NCBI GenBank assembly: GCA_038496445.1
Contig: JALMLS010000354.1
Location: 434,001-498,000 of the forward strand
Length of the DNA stretch: 64,000 bases
Source of the DNA: Trichosphaerium sp. ATCC 40318
Lineage: Eukaryota; Protista; Tubulinea
Direction of reading: 5' to 3'
The notes under the pieces were generated by a model. It saw only the letters and a program-made list of their open reading frames with translations, ran no database searches and had not been told where the DNA came from. This document shows, piece by piece, positions 63,016-64,000 of the stretch (position 1 is the stretch's first letter; each line of letters starts with the position of its first letter). The position numbers and the translations under genes were made by a program.

Positions 63016-64000
63016 ATGGAAAAAAGTGATCTAACCGAGAATACACCAAAACACTCTGGTTCGCTTGTAAATTATTGTAATTTGTTATTTACTACAAGTA
63101 GTTGTGTCTGCAGGAGAAGTTGTTTCGCCTTTTATTAGAATGATGTCAAACGATTTTGTACAGAGAACAATGATTAGCTGTTGTTCCTTTACGGAAATAG
63201 CTAAACTTACACTGTGCTCACATGTGTTGAGACGCCTCTGTCTTCGCTGTAACTGCAATTGTTATAAAGAATCCAGAAGAAGCCAGATTGATAAAAAAAA
63301 ATCAAATGGTAGCCGCTCTAAATGACTATGAGCCGGTTGAGGGAATACCTCAGTACTGTGACTCGTGGAGACTTGGAATACGTACTATCATGAGGAAAGC
63401 AGGTATAACATATCCAGGGCGATTGTTATATAGAACTGCGTACAAAGTTTGCTGTCATATTATCGGAAGGTGTGTTTTTTTGAATTTGCACTGATTGATT
63501 TTGTCTATTTCAGACAACGTTCAATTTTGATCACGTGTTTCAAGAGGTTTTTTAATGCTATAATTCGCTCATAATGTTTGTTACAAGATTGTTGTTTGAG
63601 GCAAATTATAGTCTGAATACTATTGAGGAAGTTAATATTATGAACTATTTTGGTATTGTACAAGCTGTTGAAAAAGTGAAAGAAGAAAGCATGTTTAAGT
63701 GCTTAAGGTTAGTTTCATGTTATCTAACATTAAACTGACAACGTGGTAGTTCATATACTGATGTTCCAGATACCTATGATGATAAACAAGCTTTGGAAAA
63801 GAGTAACAAATATCTTACTGCTCACGGCATTGAAAACATCCAAGATATTGTTTTATCGAGAAAACAAAGAGAAGACGAAGTTGAGGAAGCACAAGTATGT
63901 CAATTGGTGTTTTGTGTTACTCTCACACTTGATAGGAATCAAAATCACCCTTCTTTCAACCTATGGCTTTATTTCATCATATAAGCGCTTTGGGGTACCA
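63016..64000 (+). CDS. F-box-like protein, partial (runs off the window)
   Basis: NDFVQRTMISCCSFTEIAKLTLCSHVLRRLC is F-box-like. Spliced exons continue to the window end. Confidence 0.5.

Noticed and set aside
1-64000. Fragmented ORFs suggesting pseudogenes or an alternative genetic code
   Set aside because: The breaks coincide with canonical introns, and spliced frames are open in the standard code.

Overview
AT-rich, gene-dense eukaryotic DNA with many short GT-AG introns (typical donors GTACGT/GTAAGT, CTAAY branch points). The gene set (class C GPCRs, long-tailed myosin I, GH7 cellulase, receptor tyrosine kinase-like protein) points to an amoeboid protist, probably Amoebozoa (inference). 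Because of the introns the ORF track is fragmentary, so I rebuilt about 21 genes by eye. They include three class C GPCRs (two in a tandem duplication), a Rad6-like E2 missing from the ORF track, a LamG membrane protein, dipeptidase E, an inverted pair of Erf4/GOLGA7-like genes, two intronless F-box-like/MORN-variant repeat genes, a pectin-lyase-fold protein, a Trp-rich repeat protein, a surface protein, a receptor kinase, a Gfo/Idh/MocA oxidoreductase, GH7, GH29, myosin I and F-box-like genes. The most unusual observations are: (1) the palindrome CACGTG is iterated about once per kb in exons, introns and intergenic DNA, at least 66 copies counted by eye versus about 7 expected; (2) an 8-kb gene apparently fusing Clu, LRR, E2 (UBC), CCCH zinc finger and RGG regions; (3) a spliced non-coding host gene carrying two paralogous intronic box C/D snoRNA candidates; (4) a possible SH3-less alternative C-terminus of myosin I. 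Gene models are manual and exon boundaries are approximate.
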